From NCBI RefSeq assembly GCF_009914755.1, contig NC_060926.1: DNA of 64,000 bases; one strand, given 5' to 3'. The notes under the pieces were generated by a model. The model ran no database searches. It saw only the letters and a list, made by a program, of their open reading frames with translations, and was not told where the DNA came from. The translations under genes and the position numbers were made by a program. Below, one piece after another: positions 1 through 11,730 of this stretch (positions within the stretch are counted from its first letter, which is position 1; each line of letters begins with the position of its first letter). This DNA comes from the human T2T-CHM13v2.0 reference genome, Homo sapiens.

Positions 1-155
1 TTACTGACCACATTGAATCCCCAAGAAAAATACCTCTAAAGGAGGAATGACAAAGTGACAAATAAATGCTTACATATCCTTCAGTCTTCCAGGCTTCTAT
101 TTTATTCCTGGGTTCAAATATTTTCTGTTGGATTTTCACTTCTTGAAATTTTCAG

Positions 156-250
156 TGACTCCTGGAAGACCACCCTTCTTGGGGGATGTACCCATTGTGA
201 CCACAGATAATGTCACCATGGAAAATCCTGGGCAAGATGACCATGGCTGA
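156..250 (+). CDS. Possible 3'-terminal coding exon of an unidentified upstream gene (..TPGRPPFLGDVPIVTTDNVTMENPGQDDHG*)
   Basis: A pyrimidine-rich acceptor TTTTCACTTCTTGAAATTTTCAG ends at 155. The phase-1 frame is open to TGA at 248-250. GC is higher than the flanks, the sequence is non-repetitive, and UTR-like AT-rich sequence follows. An alternative frame (DSWKTTLLGGCTHCDHR*) is also possible, and no canonical polyA signal lies close by. Confidence 0.4.
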
Positions 251-659
251 GAAGGTCCTTTCTATCACACTTGACAGAATCACTACCTGATTCTTCTTTA
301 GATGCAATGAGTCACACCACAGATTCGTCTGGGTCATTTCAGACTCCAGGAAAATGTGTCACTCGATTTGTTTCCGAGCAATGTTTTGTATTTTATTGTA
401 TACATGTATATCTAATTGTAATCTGATTTCTCTAGGTTATTCTTTTTGGCTAATAGAGAATAGATTTTTAAAAAATGCTAATTCATGTTCCTCAAAAGGG
501 GCTTCTTTTTTTCTTTTCCTCGGTTGAAAAGTTAGTGATAATTCCAGGTAATTAAGAACATTTTATGGAAAAAAATTGCCAAGAAAGTAATTGGGCTGGG
601 AGCCCAGTGTGTTACACCTACACTAGAGCCTCATTTTTGACAAATCTCTGAAATGATAA

Positions 660-900
660 CAATAATGATAATAATCATTATGTATCGTTTATCAAGCACT
701 TACTTTTGGTAAGCAATGTACTAGGAACTTAAGATATATATTAATTTTTGTCTTTACAAGTGGTAAGTGATGTACTACTCTATAGTCTCAATCTTATAAA
801 TGAAAAAAACCCTCCGATTTGAAAAGTAAAGAAACTTAATCCAGAACACACATGGAAGCCCAGAATTTGAAAGTGGTTTTGGCTGCAGAGGGCTGTCTTC
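660..900 (-). mobile_element. MIR SINE (degenerate)
   Basis: Reverse MIR-like motifs (TTTATCAAGCACTTAC, CTTATAAATGAAAAAA, CCCAGAATTTGAA). Confidence 0.6.
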
Positions 901-1004
901 TGAGCTGCCTCTCCATAGCCTCAGGTTCTGCATCTTCAGGATGAGTGTCTTGGGTGGGAGGGTGTCTATGTAGTGGTGATCTTCCATGGCCAGTTGATTT
1001 TCTC

Positions 1005-2050
1005 CCGCCCCTACTCTCCTGAGCCTAGCCTTGGCATTTTCAATAGCTCTCTGGCATCTGGGCCTGTCTCTCAAAGACCTTCTGGACCACATGTCTGAAA
1101 CGGAACTCACTGATTCTCTAGCTGCCATGTCTCTACTCTGTGATCCATGTGATGTTTAATGGGAGGGAGTACCCTCGATTCTGTAGTCCGAACTTAAGGC
1201 TCTCTAACTACCTACCTTTTTTCACCTGTCATGATTATCATCCAACCTGGCAGAGAAGTGACCTGTGCAGGAGGCATTACAGTCTGACCACCTGGGTTTG
1301 AACCCTGACTTCCCTGTTTACCAGCTGTGCAGTGCTGGACAAGTTACTTTACTCCTCTGCGCCTTGATTTTTTTCATCTGTAAAATGGAGTCTAAAATAT
1401 TATTTATTTTATAAGGTTGTCTAGTTCAGATTGTTGGTAATGTTTGACAGAACTATTAAAATAGCCTTCAGGCTGCTGTTTCTGCAGTGAGGCTCCTCCT
1501 TCCATAATCCAGCCCCTCTGGATTACAGAATAAAATAAATAATAAACATGATAATTTCCTGCTTAAAAATCTTTAAGACTCCCTATTGCCCTCAGGTCGA
1601 ACTATTGAATCAGGAAAAGGCTTTCATTATTTTCCTCCAACTGCCCTTTCCAGAGTCATTTTCCACCATGACCCTCTAAGCAATTTCCACTCTAGCAGCA
1701 AAAAATTATACATATGATGTTCTTTTATTTCTCCAGACTTTTGACTGTGCTGTGCTCTCTCTATCAGGAATGCCCTTCCTTTCAATTTCCATGTAGCAAA
1801 AGTACATTTATCTTGCATGGCTCAGTTCAAAAGACATTTTTTTTTTAAAGGCAGCATAAATTGAGACAGTCACTTCTAGAATGCATTCCTCTGTTTTAGA
1901 ACCTAGTATGTTGATAACAATCATATGCATGGTAATTATTTGTCTACCACTAGGCTGTGGACTGCTGTGGGGAGGGACTATGTTTTTTTAAACTTAATAT
2001 CTTTTGTTCTAGGGCCTCACATGTAGTGGGAGCCTCCCAAATTTAGATTA
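1005..2050 (+). mobile_element. L2 LINE 3' region, interrupted by a MIR
   Basis: L2-like motifs CTCTCCTGAGC..ACATGTCTGAAACGGAACTC, CTCCCTATTGCCCTCAGG, AATGCCCTTCC and the 3' end ACTAGGCTGTGGACTGCTGTGGGGAGGGACTATG. Confidence 0.6.
1275..1420 (+). mobile_element. MIR SINE
   Basis: CCTGGGTTTGAACCCTGACT..GGACAAGTTACTT..TTCATCTGTAAAATGG core. Confidence 0.75.
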
Positions 2051-2420
2051 ATATATAAAATATCTTTCCTCACTCCTAAAAATGACTTAGAGCAAATGTG
2101 AATCAAATGACTGTAATGTTGTTAACTAGTTGAATTAACTCCTGTTAGCTTAAGATAATAAAGGCAGTGAACTTGTAACAAAATTAAATTAAAAACTGAA
2201 GTGCAATTATAGTGTTCTTACTGTCTCCAAGATAAAACCATGACACATTTTTTTCCTAGCACACGTTACATTTTTTCTGACATCATAAGAAAATCTGAGA
2301 ACAGAAATCCTTTCAAGCATTTCGTTTGATAGAGAACATCTATATTCCATACAGCATTCCATTAGGAAAGGAGCCTGCTTTTCTCTTATCTGTCCTTACT
2401 CTAAACGTAATATCTTATGG

Positions 2421-2690
2421 GAGACAGTATATTAGCGGTTAAGATCATAAGCTCTGGATCTGGAATGTCTGGGTTTAAATGCTGGTGCTGCCATTTATAA
2501 GATGTGTAATGGCTGGAAACAGTTTTCTTGGGACCTGCTATCTCATCTGTAAAATGGGTACCATAGTAACATTCAGTGTAGTGAGTGGTTATGAGGATCA
2601 AATGAGTTAATGCATCTAGCACTTAGATGAGAGTTCATGTATCTCGCACTTAGATGAGAGCCTGGCTTATACTAGGTGCTCTAAAAATGT
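2421..2690 (+). mobile_element. MIR SINE
   Basis: CTCATCTGTAAAATGGG..ATGAGGATCAAATGAGTTAATGCA..TAGGTGCTC, with a small internal duplication of GCACTTAGATGAGAG. Confidence 0.8.
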
Positions 2691-2954
2691 GTCTTCTTAT
2701 TTGGTTGGTGTTTATAAGAGAGGCACCTGAAATCCTGATAGAAAGGTGAGGAGGATTTCATCATCAGGGAACAGTGGAAAGAGATGGAGAAGTCTTGAGA
2801 GCTTGTGAGAATGTCCATTCACCTGTGCAAGGACCAGTTTATCTATTTCAGATATAATTCCAACACTTCCATGATTCAGTGCTTCATTTCATCATTTTAC
2901 ACATGGAATTACGTGTAGGAACGAACCCAAGTGTAAACTTAGCCATCAGGAAAG

Positions 2955-3190
2955 TTAGCTCCAGAACTATCTTGCCTGAGTTTGAATCCCAGCTCCATGA
3001 CATGCTGGCTGTCTCACCCTGGGCAAGTGTTTTCATTTATTAAAGATTAAATTTTTTCATCTGGCAAATGAGGAAAAAAAGAGTAATTTTTGCCTTTTAC
3101 CTGTGGTGAGAATTAAATGAAAAACCATCACTCAACATGCTTATCACAGTGCCTGTCGTATAGTAAGTGCTTAATGTGTTGACTACTATT
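2955..3190 (+). mobile_element. MIR SINE
   Basis: GAGTTTGAATCCCAGCTCCA..CCTGGGCAAGT..GTGAGAATTAAATGA..TAGTAAGTGCTTAAT. Confidence 0.8.
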
Positions 3191-3289
3191 TTCATGTTGC
3201 AAATATTATTGAATATTTTTACCACATGGTGTGGTTTTTTCAAGTAGTTATTGAAGAGAGTAAAAACATTTATTTATGTAGACTTAAAA

Positions 3290-3895
3290 ATGTAAGGTGA
3301 GCACCTCTATACTCACCATCCCAGGTTATAAAATGAAAGGTTGCCACTTTCTTAGAAGTCTCTGCAGGCCTTTCTGGGCACATTCCCATCTCTCTCTCCA
3401 GCACGTTACTGTTCTCCTGGCCTTTGAATCATCGTATACTTGCTTTACTTTATAATTTTAGTTCTTATAAATGTACCACTAAACAGTATGTTATTTGGTT
3501 TTGTCTTTTATGAATATTATAGTAATGTAATTGATATATATTTTATATTCTGTGTTTTGCACTCAGCAGATGCAGCTGGATTGATGCATGCACTGTAGTT
3601 CATTCAGTGTCATGCTGAATAGTATTTTATGATATCAACATCCTACAATTTACTTTGCTATTATTTTTTCTATTGATGGACATCTGGACTGTTATTTATT
3701 TATTGCTATCACAAAGCCTGCTATATAGAACATTCTTGTACATGTGCCCCTATAGGAGACTTTCTATATATACACCCCGGTGTCTATATAAAGACTTTCT
3801 TTAGGAAGTTAGACCTAGGAGTGGAGTTACTCACTTGTAAGATGTGGGAATATTCAAATTTACTTGGTAATGGTAAACTCTTTTCTAAGTGGCAG
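3290..3895 (-). mobile_element. Old L1 (L1ME-like) 3' fragment
   Basis: Antisense L1M motifs GATGGACATCTGGACTGTT..GAACATTCTTGTACATGT..CCTAGGAGTGGAGTTACT. Confidence 0.65.
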
Positions 3896-3961
3896 CACAT
3901 GAAGGAGTTTTCAGCAGAAGATTATTAGGTACATATTTCAGATCCTCATAAAAATTATATA

Positions 3962-4508
3962 TGTGGTAGTTAGTCTCCAAGATTCCACAGTTTCAACATA
4001 AAATCCAAATCATCCACTTCTCTTGGTGTTCATACCCTTGTGTGGTCCCCTCCCACATTATGCCAAGGCTGGTCTGTGTGACCAGTATAATTCAGGAAGA
4101 GTGATGGTATTGTTGCTTCTGTTTTGGACATCTTTCTTCTTGTCTCTTTTGCATCTCTCACTCTGGGGGACACAGCTTCCCTGTTGGAAGCAATTCTATG
4201 GAGAGGCCCATGAGGTGAGGAGCAGAGGCCTCCAGCAAACAGCCAGTGAGGAGCTGTGGCATGCCACCAGCCATGTGACTGAGCATAGGAGCCAATTTCT
4301 AGCTCCTTGGATCTTGAGATGACTGCAATTTGAGAGCTTGACTATAATCTCATGAAAGATCCTGAACCAGAATTGCCCTGCTAAGCTGCACCTGGTCATG
4401 AGTCCCCCCCGCCGCCCCCCCCCCACACACAAATGTGAGATTATAAGTATTTGTTGTCTTGAGCTAAGCTTTGAGGTAATTTTTTATGCAGCAAAGATAA
4501 CTAATACA
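3962..4508 (+). mobile_element. MaLR solo LTR (MLT1E/F-like)
   Basis: TG..CA termini; GAGAGGCCCATGAGGTGAGGAG..AACAGCCAGTGAGGAGCTG; 3' end TATGCAGCAAAGATAACTAATACA. Confidence 0.8.
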
Positions 4509-5380
4509 TATTCTATTAAAAAGGTGAAAAATTCCAAGTTCCCTTAAGGAATATGTGAAATAAAGCAGGATATTAAAACAAATAGATTTGAAAATGGATA
4601 ACATTAAAAGTTGATGCACCTGTAATTCTAGGTGCTATTAAGTTAGTTAGCCATGTAAAAAAAAAACCCATAGAGATGGGAGACCAAGGATAATTTGTGA
4701 TTCATAACCTGTAACAACGCATGTCAAGCGTGTTCACGTTTTTTTAGTTGATCTTGATTTATCATTATTAGAGTCCTTTAGATGTCTTTATAAGTTATTC
4801 TTGATGCAAAAACATTCATTATAACATAATAGCAAAAAAGAAGCCATTTAGTTATACAGAAATAAGAGAAAAGTTAAATATGTCATATATCTACTAAAGA
4901 GAATATTATAAAGTCATGACAAATATATACATATTTTTTAAGTGACATATTCCAAGCATAATGTTAAGTGACAACAGCGGGATATGCTATACAAACAGTA
5001 TAAAACCAACTATTCAGTGACTTAAGGGTGAAAATGGCATCTCTTAGTTGTGAGATTATGTGGGAATTTGTTTTCTTCATTAAACTTCTGGACTTTCAAA
5101 GTCTAATAAACATACGTTAAGACTACTATTGTTAGAAAAAAGTGTATTTAGCATTGAAGAAATTACTTTTAATTCATTTTTAGTAATACAAAGAAATGCG
5201 GACAGCAAACTTTGCCTTCAGATTGGGCAGAAAATCCCTATCAAATATATATCAACAATGAGCATCTGGAAAGGTTCCGGTTGCTATTTCGAGTTGGCTT
5301 CCTTTCAAATTATCTTGATCTTTGGATCTAATCATAGTCCTCTATCTTGTTATAATTGCTGGTCCTTTTGATTTCTCTTA

Positions 5381-5789
5381 CAGAAGTGAAGATATATTCT
5401 AAGAAGTGTATCCTTAGATGATTTTGTGGTTGTGTAAACATTATAGCATGTATTTACACCAACCTAAATATTATAGTATAGCCTACTACACACCTAGGCT
5501 GTGGTGGTCTAGCCTTTTGCTTCTAGGCTACAAACCCATACAGTATGTTACTATTCTGAATACTGTAGGCAATTGGAACACAATGGTAAGAATTTGTATA
5601 TTTAAACATAAATGTATAAGAATTGGTACATCCAAACATGCAAAAGGAAATATTTTATGATAATATCTTATTATGGCTTCAATGTCACTAGGCCATAGAG
5701 AGGAATTTTTCAGCTCTATTATACTCTTATGGGACCACCATCATATACGTAATCCACTGTTGGTGGAAATGTCATTGGAAGGCATGACT
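5381..5789 (-). mobile_element. Tigger3-family non-autonomous DNA transposon (Tigger3a/MER7-like)
   Basis: GCCTACTACACACCTAGGCT..CTAGGCTACAAACCC and TTATGGGACCACCATCATATAC..GGCATGACT; these match the ends of the element at 53885-57964 in reverse. Confidence 0.85.
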
Positions 5790-6339
5790 TTTTTATTCAT
5801 CGTTTTGTGGACTTCAGAGCTATTGGAGAATCAGAGGGTAAATTCACAGAATACTCTAAATTTAAATGTGACTAAAGTTTATATTCTTCAGTTTCTGCTC
5901 ATGAAGTTGAGAAGAATAAGATAAATGCGATTTCACGGAGGCATTGTGGAGGCAAGGGTTGCCTAATACCTTTTTATATCAGAAAGGATTTTTATCTAAG
6001 GCAGCCAATGCTGGCATAATTGAAGAAGGAATTTAAGTTGAATAGGAGCTGGAGTCATTGCCTGCACAGTGACACTTCATGGCATAATAAGTATAGAAAT
6101 TTTTGATATTAGTTTAAAAAGAAAAATTCTCAAAACTTAGTGTTTGAATAGACTGAAAGTGTTCTTTTTTTGTTTTAAAAATGCTCTTTATAACCATATT
6201 TTTGCCCATTAAATTAAGCTTGGAAAAGACCTTAAAATAGAGTATTTAATTTGGAAGAATTAAGCAAAGTTCCATCACGCAGGAACTGCTTCAACATGTT
6301 GGTGTATTTCTTCTGATACTTATATTTCCTTTCTGCATT

Positions 6340-6500
6340 TCCATTACACCCTGTACTTTTAGCTTGCATGCTTTGTTATTACTGTATATTTCCTTCTAGA
6401 CTGTCAGTTCCCTGAGGACAGAGGCTATGCCTTTCTGGCTTATCATCTTTTCCTCACCTTAGAGTTTAGTAGGTGCTTAATAAAAACATGTTGAATGAGT
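6340..6500 (+). mobile_element. L2 3' end fragment
   Basis: CTAGACTGTCAGTTCCCTGAGGACAGAG..AGTAGGTGCTTAATAAA..TGTTGAATGA. Confidence 0.7.
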
Positions 6501-7589
6501 AACTTGGTTGGACAATTACACGGAAAAGAGGAAATCCATGAGTAGAAAAATAAGTGAAAGTAAAGCTCTATGCCAGTTGAGACTATTGGCAATTTGAAGT
6601 GTCAGTGTCCTTCTGTTCTTGGTCCCAGGTGCCATCAAAGGTAGGTGGAACCAAGGCCAGGTACCAGGTGCCACCTGAGTGCTCCAGGGCCAGTGCCAAG
6701 TGGAAGTTCTGGGAAGGTTTCTGTGAGGGTGCTCAGTCAGTGCCAAGGAAAGAGATCACACCTGGGTTTCTGAACTCCAAAAGGGCAAAGCAGAAGAAGG
6801 AGCTTTGGGTTTAGCAGGAAAATATCATGGCTTTTGGCTTTATTTGAAACCTCGAACACTGAATCATATTTGCTTCTCAAAGCAGTGAGCTATTTTGTTT
6901 TATCATGTACAAAATACTGATCTCAGGTATTTCAAGCAATAGGAAAACATTACCAGTTATGGCAAGCACTGGAATTTATAATTTGGTGACTCTGCAAAGA
7001 TCTAATCATTCCAACATCATTATTCCAAGCGTTATTTGATTAATCATTGCATTTATAGAGAATCTCTTACCAGTATTTATTGTTTAGATTTTTCCAATGC
7101 CCTCATCACTGAGGTCTCTGGTTGCATGTGTAGAAGATTAAGAGATACAATAAACTAGGAAGAATAGATCAAGCAACACACACTAGACCTAGGCCAAACT
7201 AAATAAATATGTCTATTTCTAAGGCCTGGAATTCAGCAAGAACAGACACAAATTCTTGCATATATAAAAAAGTAAAATTTTTACAAGAAAGAGATTTCAG
7301 CCTTAATTTGTTCTGATTTTGCTTAAGTTAAGCAGTTTTTTATCTATAAGCCAGTGTTCATAATTATTTTTTCGTATTATTTTTCCAATCATGGTTTGAA
7401 GATAATAGGAGCCATGAGGAAGCAGAACCAAGAAATTAAAAATAAAATTCTCCAAGTTGTGAATTGAGGACAAAGCATGTGTTTCCAACTCAAAACAAAT
7501 AGTTTAAAATCCTTTTTGAATCTGGTGTTAATAAAATCAACCAGAACAAATTACAGCTAAACGCAGTTCTTCCTAGTGTCAGTTACAAG

Positions 7590-7800
7590 CCAAATCCCCT
7601 AGTTTAGATTCTGAATTTTAATTTCTGATCATGGGTGAATTACTCACCTCCTTGTGCCTCGGTTTCCTCTCCTATAAACTGGGGACAATAACAGTATCCA
7701 TCTCATAGGATTGCTGTGAGGATCCCACAAGGTAATATGTGTTAAGTTCTGAGAATAATGATGGACAAATAATAAGTGCTATATAAATAGCTATAATTAC
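7590..7800 (+). mobile_element. MIR SINE
   Basis: GTGCCTCGGTTTCCTCTCCTATAAACTGGGGACAATAACAGTA..CATAGGATTGCTGTGAGGAT. Confidence 0.75.
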
Positions 7801-8128
7801 GATTAAACAATGAAGCAAAACACTTGCCTATTGTTCTAGATCATTTCATCTTTTTTTCTTTACAAGAGAATGCATTTGTTACTCTTTATAGCTTTATAGT
7901 TCATTTTATACTCATTCTTATCCTTCTATACAAGACTGCTTCTCTTGTTCTTCTGTTGGTAAGTCTGATTTCTTTTAACTAGCCTCTTATAAGGTAGAAT
8001 GCTACAATATGCTGGGGCCAGAAAGGTGTCTTTGTGTTTTTTGACATTCTAGAATCAGCCACAGCATGTGATCCACATTAGAAATCTGTAGGAAAATAAG
8101 AGCAATTTCTTAAAATCCTTTTGTGTTC

Positions 8129-8421
8129 TTATTTTTATTTTTTAAGACAGGTTCTCACTCTGTCACTCAAGTTGGAGTGCAGTGGCAAAATCACACCTCA
8201 CTGTAGCAGTTATCAACCTCGCTGGCTCAAGCAATCCTCTCATGTCAGCCTCCCAAGTAGCTGAGACCACAGGTCCCATCATGCCTGGCTAATTTTTTAA
8301 ATTTTTCTTAGAGATGGGTGTCTCCTTATGTTGCCCTGGCTAAACTCCTAGGCTCAAGCAATCCTCCCACCTCAGCCTTCCAAAGTGCTAAGATTACAGG
8401 CCTGAGCCACTGTGACCAGCC
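8129..8421 (-). mobile_element. Alu SINE (AluJ-type)
   Basis: Full-length antisense dimer with AluJ-like GGCTCAAGCAATCCTC in both arms; heavily diverged. Confidence 0.9.
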
Positions 8422-9074
8422 TTTCTCTGCTCCTAAAATACATTTCTTTATATATTTGTGTCCTGGAATGCAGGTGATTGAATACCTCATTTTGCTACTA
8501 TTTAAAAATGGAGAATAAGAGAGAAATTTTTTTATGTGAGTATCATTATTGACATGACTGTGCATAAGAAAGCTGTATATACTGGTTCTTTCCTGGGAGA
8601 TCCGAAGTGAGAAACCAGTTGTCCATTTCACTGGCTCTTCACTTGGCCATCTCCTCCATGGTGAAGCTGTGCAGTGGACAGAGGTCTCTGGACAGCAGAA
8701 GCTGCACCCTGATGCTCTACCTATTATTGCAGGCTCTATTACATGGATGGTTATTTCAGTTCCCAAGCCTCAGTTACCCTGGCTATCCTATGTGAGCTGT
8801 ACATCCCTGCCTACATCAAAGCAAGAACTTGGCCCAGGAGGCAGTGGACCAAGTGGTCCAGGACCCAACTCTTAGGTCTATGACTCAGTTTACTGGAAAA
8901 GCCTTGTAATTCTTCCTACCTATAGAAACATCTTTAAAATCCAGCAGTCAAGCAAGGATATCTCTTGCCACGGACTTTTTCTAAATCTATTTGCCTTCAG
9001 CTATGGAACTGGGAAGGCTCTTTCAAAGGGACATTTTTCTCCTCCCACCCAAGGTGATGGTAACATTGCTAAAT

Positions 9075-9615
9075 GCCATTTGGATCATGTCGCTTCCCCT
9101 CGAGAAATCCTCCAGTTGCTTTTCCTTGAGTATGGGGTAACATATCAGTATCTACATGTCATTCACAGCCCTTTGTACTGGACCTCTGGGGTCTACTTTC
9201 CCACAAGTATCTTGGCTTTGACCCTAATAAGTGTGACACTTTCCTTCATTTGCTGTCTTTTCTCTTCCTCATGCCTTGCCTTTGGCTGGATTATTTTTTC
9301 TGTTGTTGAGATATTTCTTTGATTTTTTGCTAGGCTAAATCCTCCCTTTCCTATACATTAAACTCAGGTGTCTTGTCCTCTGAGAAGTCTGTCCTGAACT
9401 CTAGGCTGAGCTGGATGACGCCCTCTGTACCCATCCAGTGCTCACAGCATTAGCTACACTGTGTTGTACCTGCCTTTTGGTGTTCATGTTGTTCATTGGT
9501 CTGGAAGCTTCTGAGGACAGGGACTGAAACTTTTGTTTTGGCAACTCTTGCATGCAGCCCAGAGCCTGGCAGATGGTAAGAAGGTCAATAAATGTTTATT
9601 GAATAAATAAAAGAA
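9075..9615 (+). mobile_element. L2 LINE 3' region
   Basis: GATCATGTCGCTTCCCCT..GAAGCTTCTGAGGACAGGGACT..AGAGCCTGGCAGATGGTAAG..CAATAAATGTTTATTGAATAAAT. Confidence 0.75.
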
Positions 9616-9999
9616 TGAAGCCTAAATTTGATAAGTTCTCCCATATGATAATTAGAGACACCATAAACCTAGAGGACATTATGATTTTAGGCAGATTTAT
9701 AGCTAGAGGAAAACTGTTCCCAAAGAATTTAGAGAAGGGAGAACTAGATCAGACGATAAATGCATGATGGTTTATAAGAATTAGAAAGAATATAAGGTAA
9801 GATGTAGGGGCTCCTGAACCTGGGGAGGAGTTTTCAGTAGGTAACATATTCAAATGAGTTAGCTTTGAAACAGATGAAGTGAACAGTTCTGATTTTAGGG
9901 ATTAAAAAGTTCATTAAATTAATACAAATTGTTGGAGAAGAACTTGTTTGAAAGTGCTCAAAATGAGCTAAGAGTGTAATAGAAGCTCTCTAAACTTTT

Positions 10000-10240
10000 A
10001 TTATTATTAACGGCATATTGAGCACCCAGTACCTACTGAGCATTTTCAATAAGTGCTTTAAAGGCATAAACTCATAGGATTTAGCCCTCATCACATCTCT
10101 ATGAAGTAGGTCATTGGTAATATTAGCCCTGTTTGTGGATGAGGAGGCTGAGGCTGAAGTATTGTAACCCACATGCCGAAGCTTACAGGGTTGGAAAATG
10201 TGGGTCTGACTGAGTGAGTCCAAAAGCCATGGATTGCAGG
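10000..10240 (-). mobile_element. MIR SINE
   Basis: ATATTGAGCACC..CTCTATGAAGTAGG..GGATGAGGAGGCTGAGGCT. Confidence 0.65.
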
Positions 10241-10447
10241 AGGGACGGTCTCACTTCATTCTGCATTGTCAGATCATGGGGAAAGATTGGTTCTATTTTG
10301 AGTGCCCATTTTAAGATGGTTACAGACAAACTAGAGTGCATTCTGTAGGGGGAAGCTGTTGTGAATTTAGGAATGACCATTAATCACATCTTGTTCTTTT
10401 ACTCAGATTTCTGAACCAACTTACGGATACATGAAGAAGTCAGACAA

Positions 10448-10749
10448 GGCCGGGTGCGGTGGCTCACGCCTGTAATTCCAGCACTTTGGGAGGCCGAGGT
10501 GGGCAGATCAGGAGGTCAGGAGATTGAGACCATCCTGGCTAACACGGTGAAACCCCGTCTCTACTAAAAATACAAAAAAATTAGCCAGGTGTGGTGGTGG
10601 ACGCCTGTAGTCCCAGCTACTCAGGAGGCTGAGGCAGGAGAATGGCATGAACCTGGGAGGCCGAGCTTGCAGTGAGCCAAGATCACGCCACTGCACTCCA
10701 GCCCGGGCTACAGAGCAAGACTCCATCTCAAAAAAAAAAAAAAAAAAAA
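10448..10749 (+). mobile_element. AluY SINE with target-site duplication
   Basis: AluY diagnostics (ACCATCCTGGCTAACACGGTG, AATGGCATGAACC..GAGCTTGCAG), a pure A tail, and TSD AAGTCAGACAA at 10437-10447 and 10748-10758. Confidence 0.95.
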
Positions 10750-11194
10750 GTCAGACAAATAGAAATCTAGAAATCCAAATGTCAGCTTTTTCAGAGGAAA
10801 CTTGTGTTATGGTTAAATAGATGGGCTACTCCTGTACCCCTAGCCCCACATTAAGTGTAGCCATCAGAAGTGCAGATTCACCCTGTAAGGGCCTAAGCCT
10901 GCCTGCTAAACTCACCACAGGCAGGGAGAAAATTGAACTCTGCAGGCAGGTCCAAAGCAGCAGGCGCCGTAGACCTATAAGGACTTAGCCAGCCATGCCC
11001 AGGGATGTCCCTCAGATTCAACAATCAGGCAAGCTATTCCTTTTCTTATGGGCAGGAAGGAATCAGAGAGAGGTCAAAAGTGTGACTCTAAATCTTCGTA
11101 GAGACACATAAATCCCAGGAATAAAGTCCTCATCCTTAGCCATGGCCAGGATGCTAATTGTCACATCAGTGGGACCAAGGGGTGGAAAGACTGT

Positions 11195-11548
11195 TGTAAG
11201 GGTTAAATTTATGTGTCCAATTGACTGGGCTGTGGTACCCAGATTTGGGGTAAAACATCAATTGAATTGCTGTGAAGGTGTTTTGTAGATGTGTTTAACA
11301 CTCGAATTAGTAGACTTTGAGTAAAGTAGATGAACTTCCATGATATGTGTGGGCCATATCCAATCAGTTGAAGGTCTCAGGGGCTAGGAGAAATACTCCT
11401 CAAGACTACAATATCAACTCTTTCTTGAATTTCCAGCCTGCCTGCCTGCCCTACAGATTTCAGAGCTGCCAGTCCCCAAAATTCTGTGAGCCATTCTTTA
11501 AAGCCAGTCTCTCTCTCTCTCACTCTCTGTCTCTCTCTAGACATAGGT

Positions 11549-11614
<66 letters not shown>

Positions 11615-11730
11615 GGATGGATGGATATATACACATATACACACATATATATATGGATGGATGTATACACATACATATATATGAGTATCTCCTATTGGTT
11701 CTGTTTCTCTGAAGAGTTCTGATTAATACA
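11195..11730 (+). mobile_element. ERVL solo LTR (MLT2-type) containing a (CT)n/(TA)n microsatellite
   Basis: GGTTAAATTTATGTGTCCAATTGACTGGGC..AGTAGACTTTGAGTAAAG..CTCCTATTGGTTCTGTTTCTCTG..TAATACA. Confidence 0.85.
11548..11682. repeat. (TA)n-rich compound microsatellite
   Basis: Read directly from the sequence. Confidence 0.95.

Noticed and set aside
152-337. 61-aa minus-strand ORF
   Set aside because: It has no recognisable homology, and the + strand acceptor/exon reading explains the segment better.
775-1128. 117-aa minus-strand ORF that reads like a protein
   Set aside because: It overlaps antisense L2 and MIR remnants, has no splice context and contains no recognisable domain.
10508-10726. 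Alu-derived ORFs (also 24626-24869, 36577-36882 and 42956-43183)
   Set aside because: These are standard antisense Alu translations.
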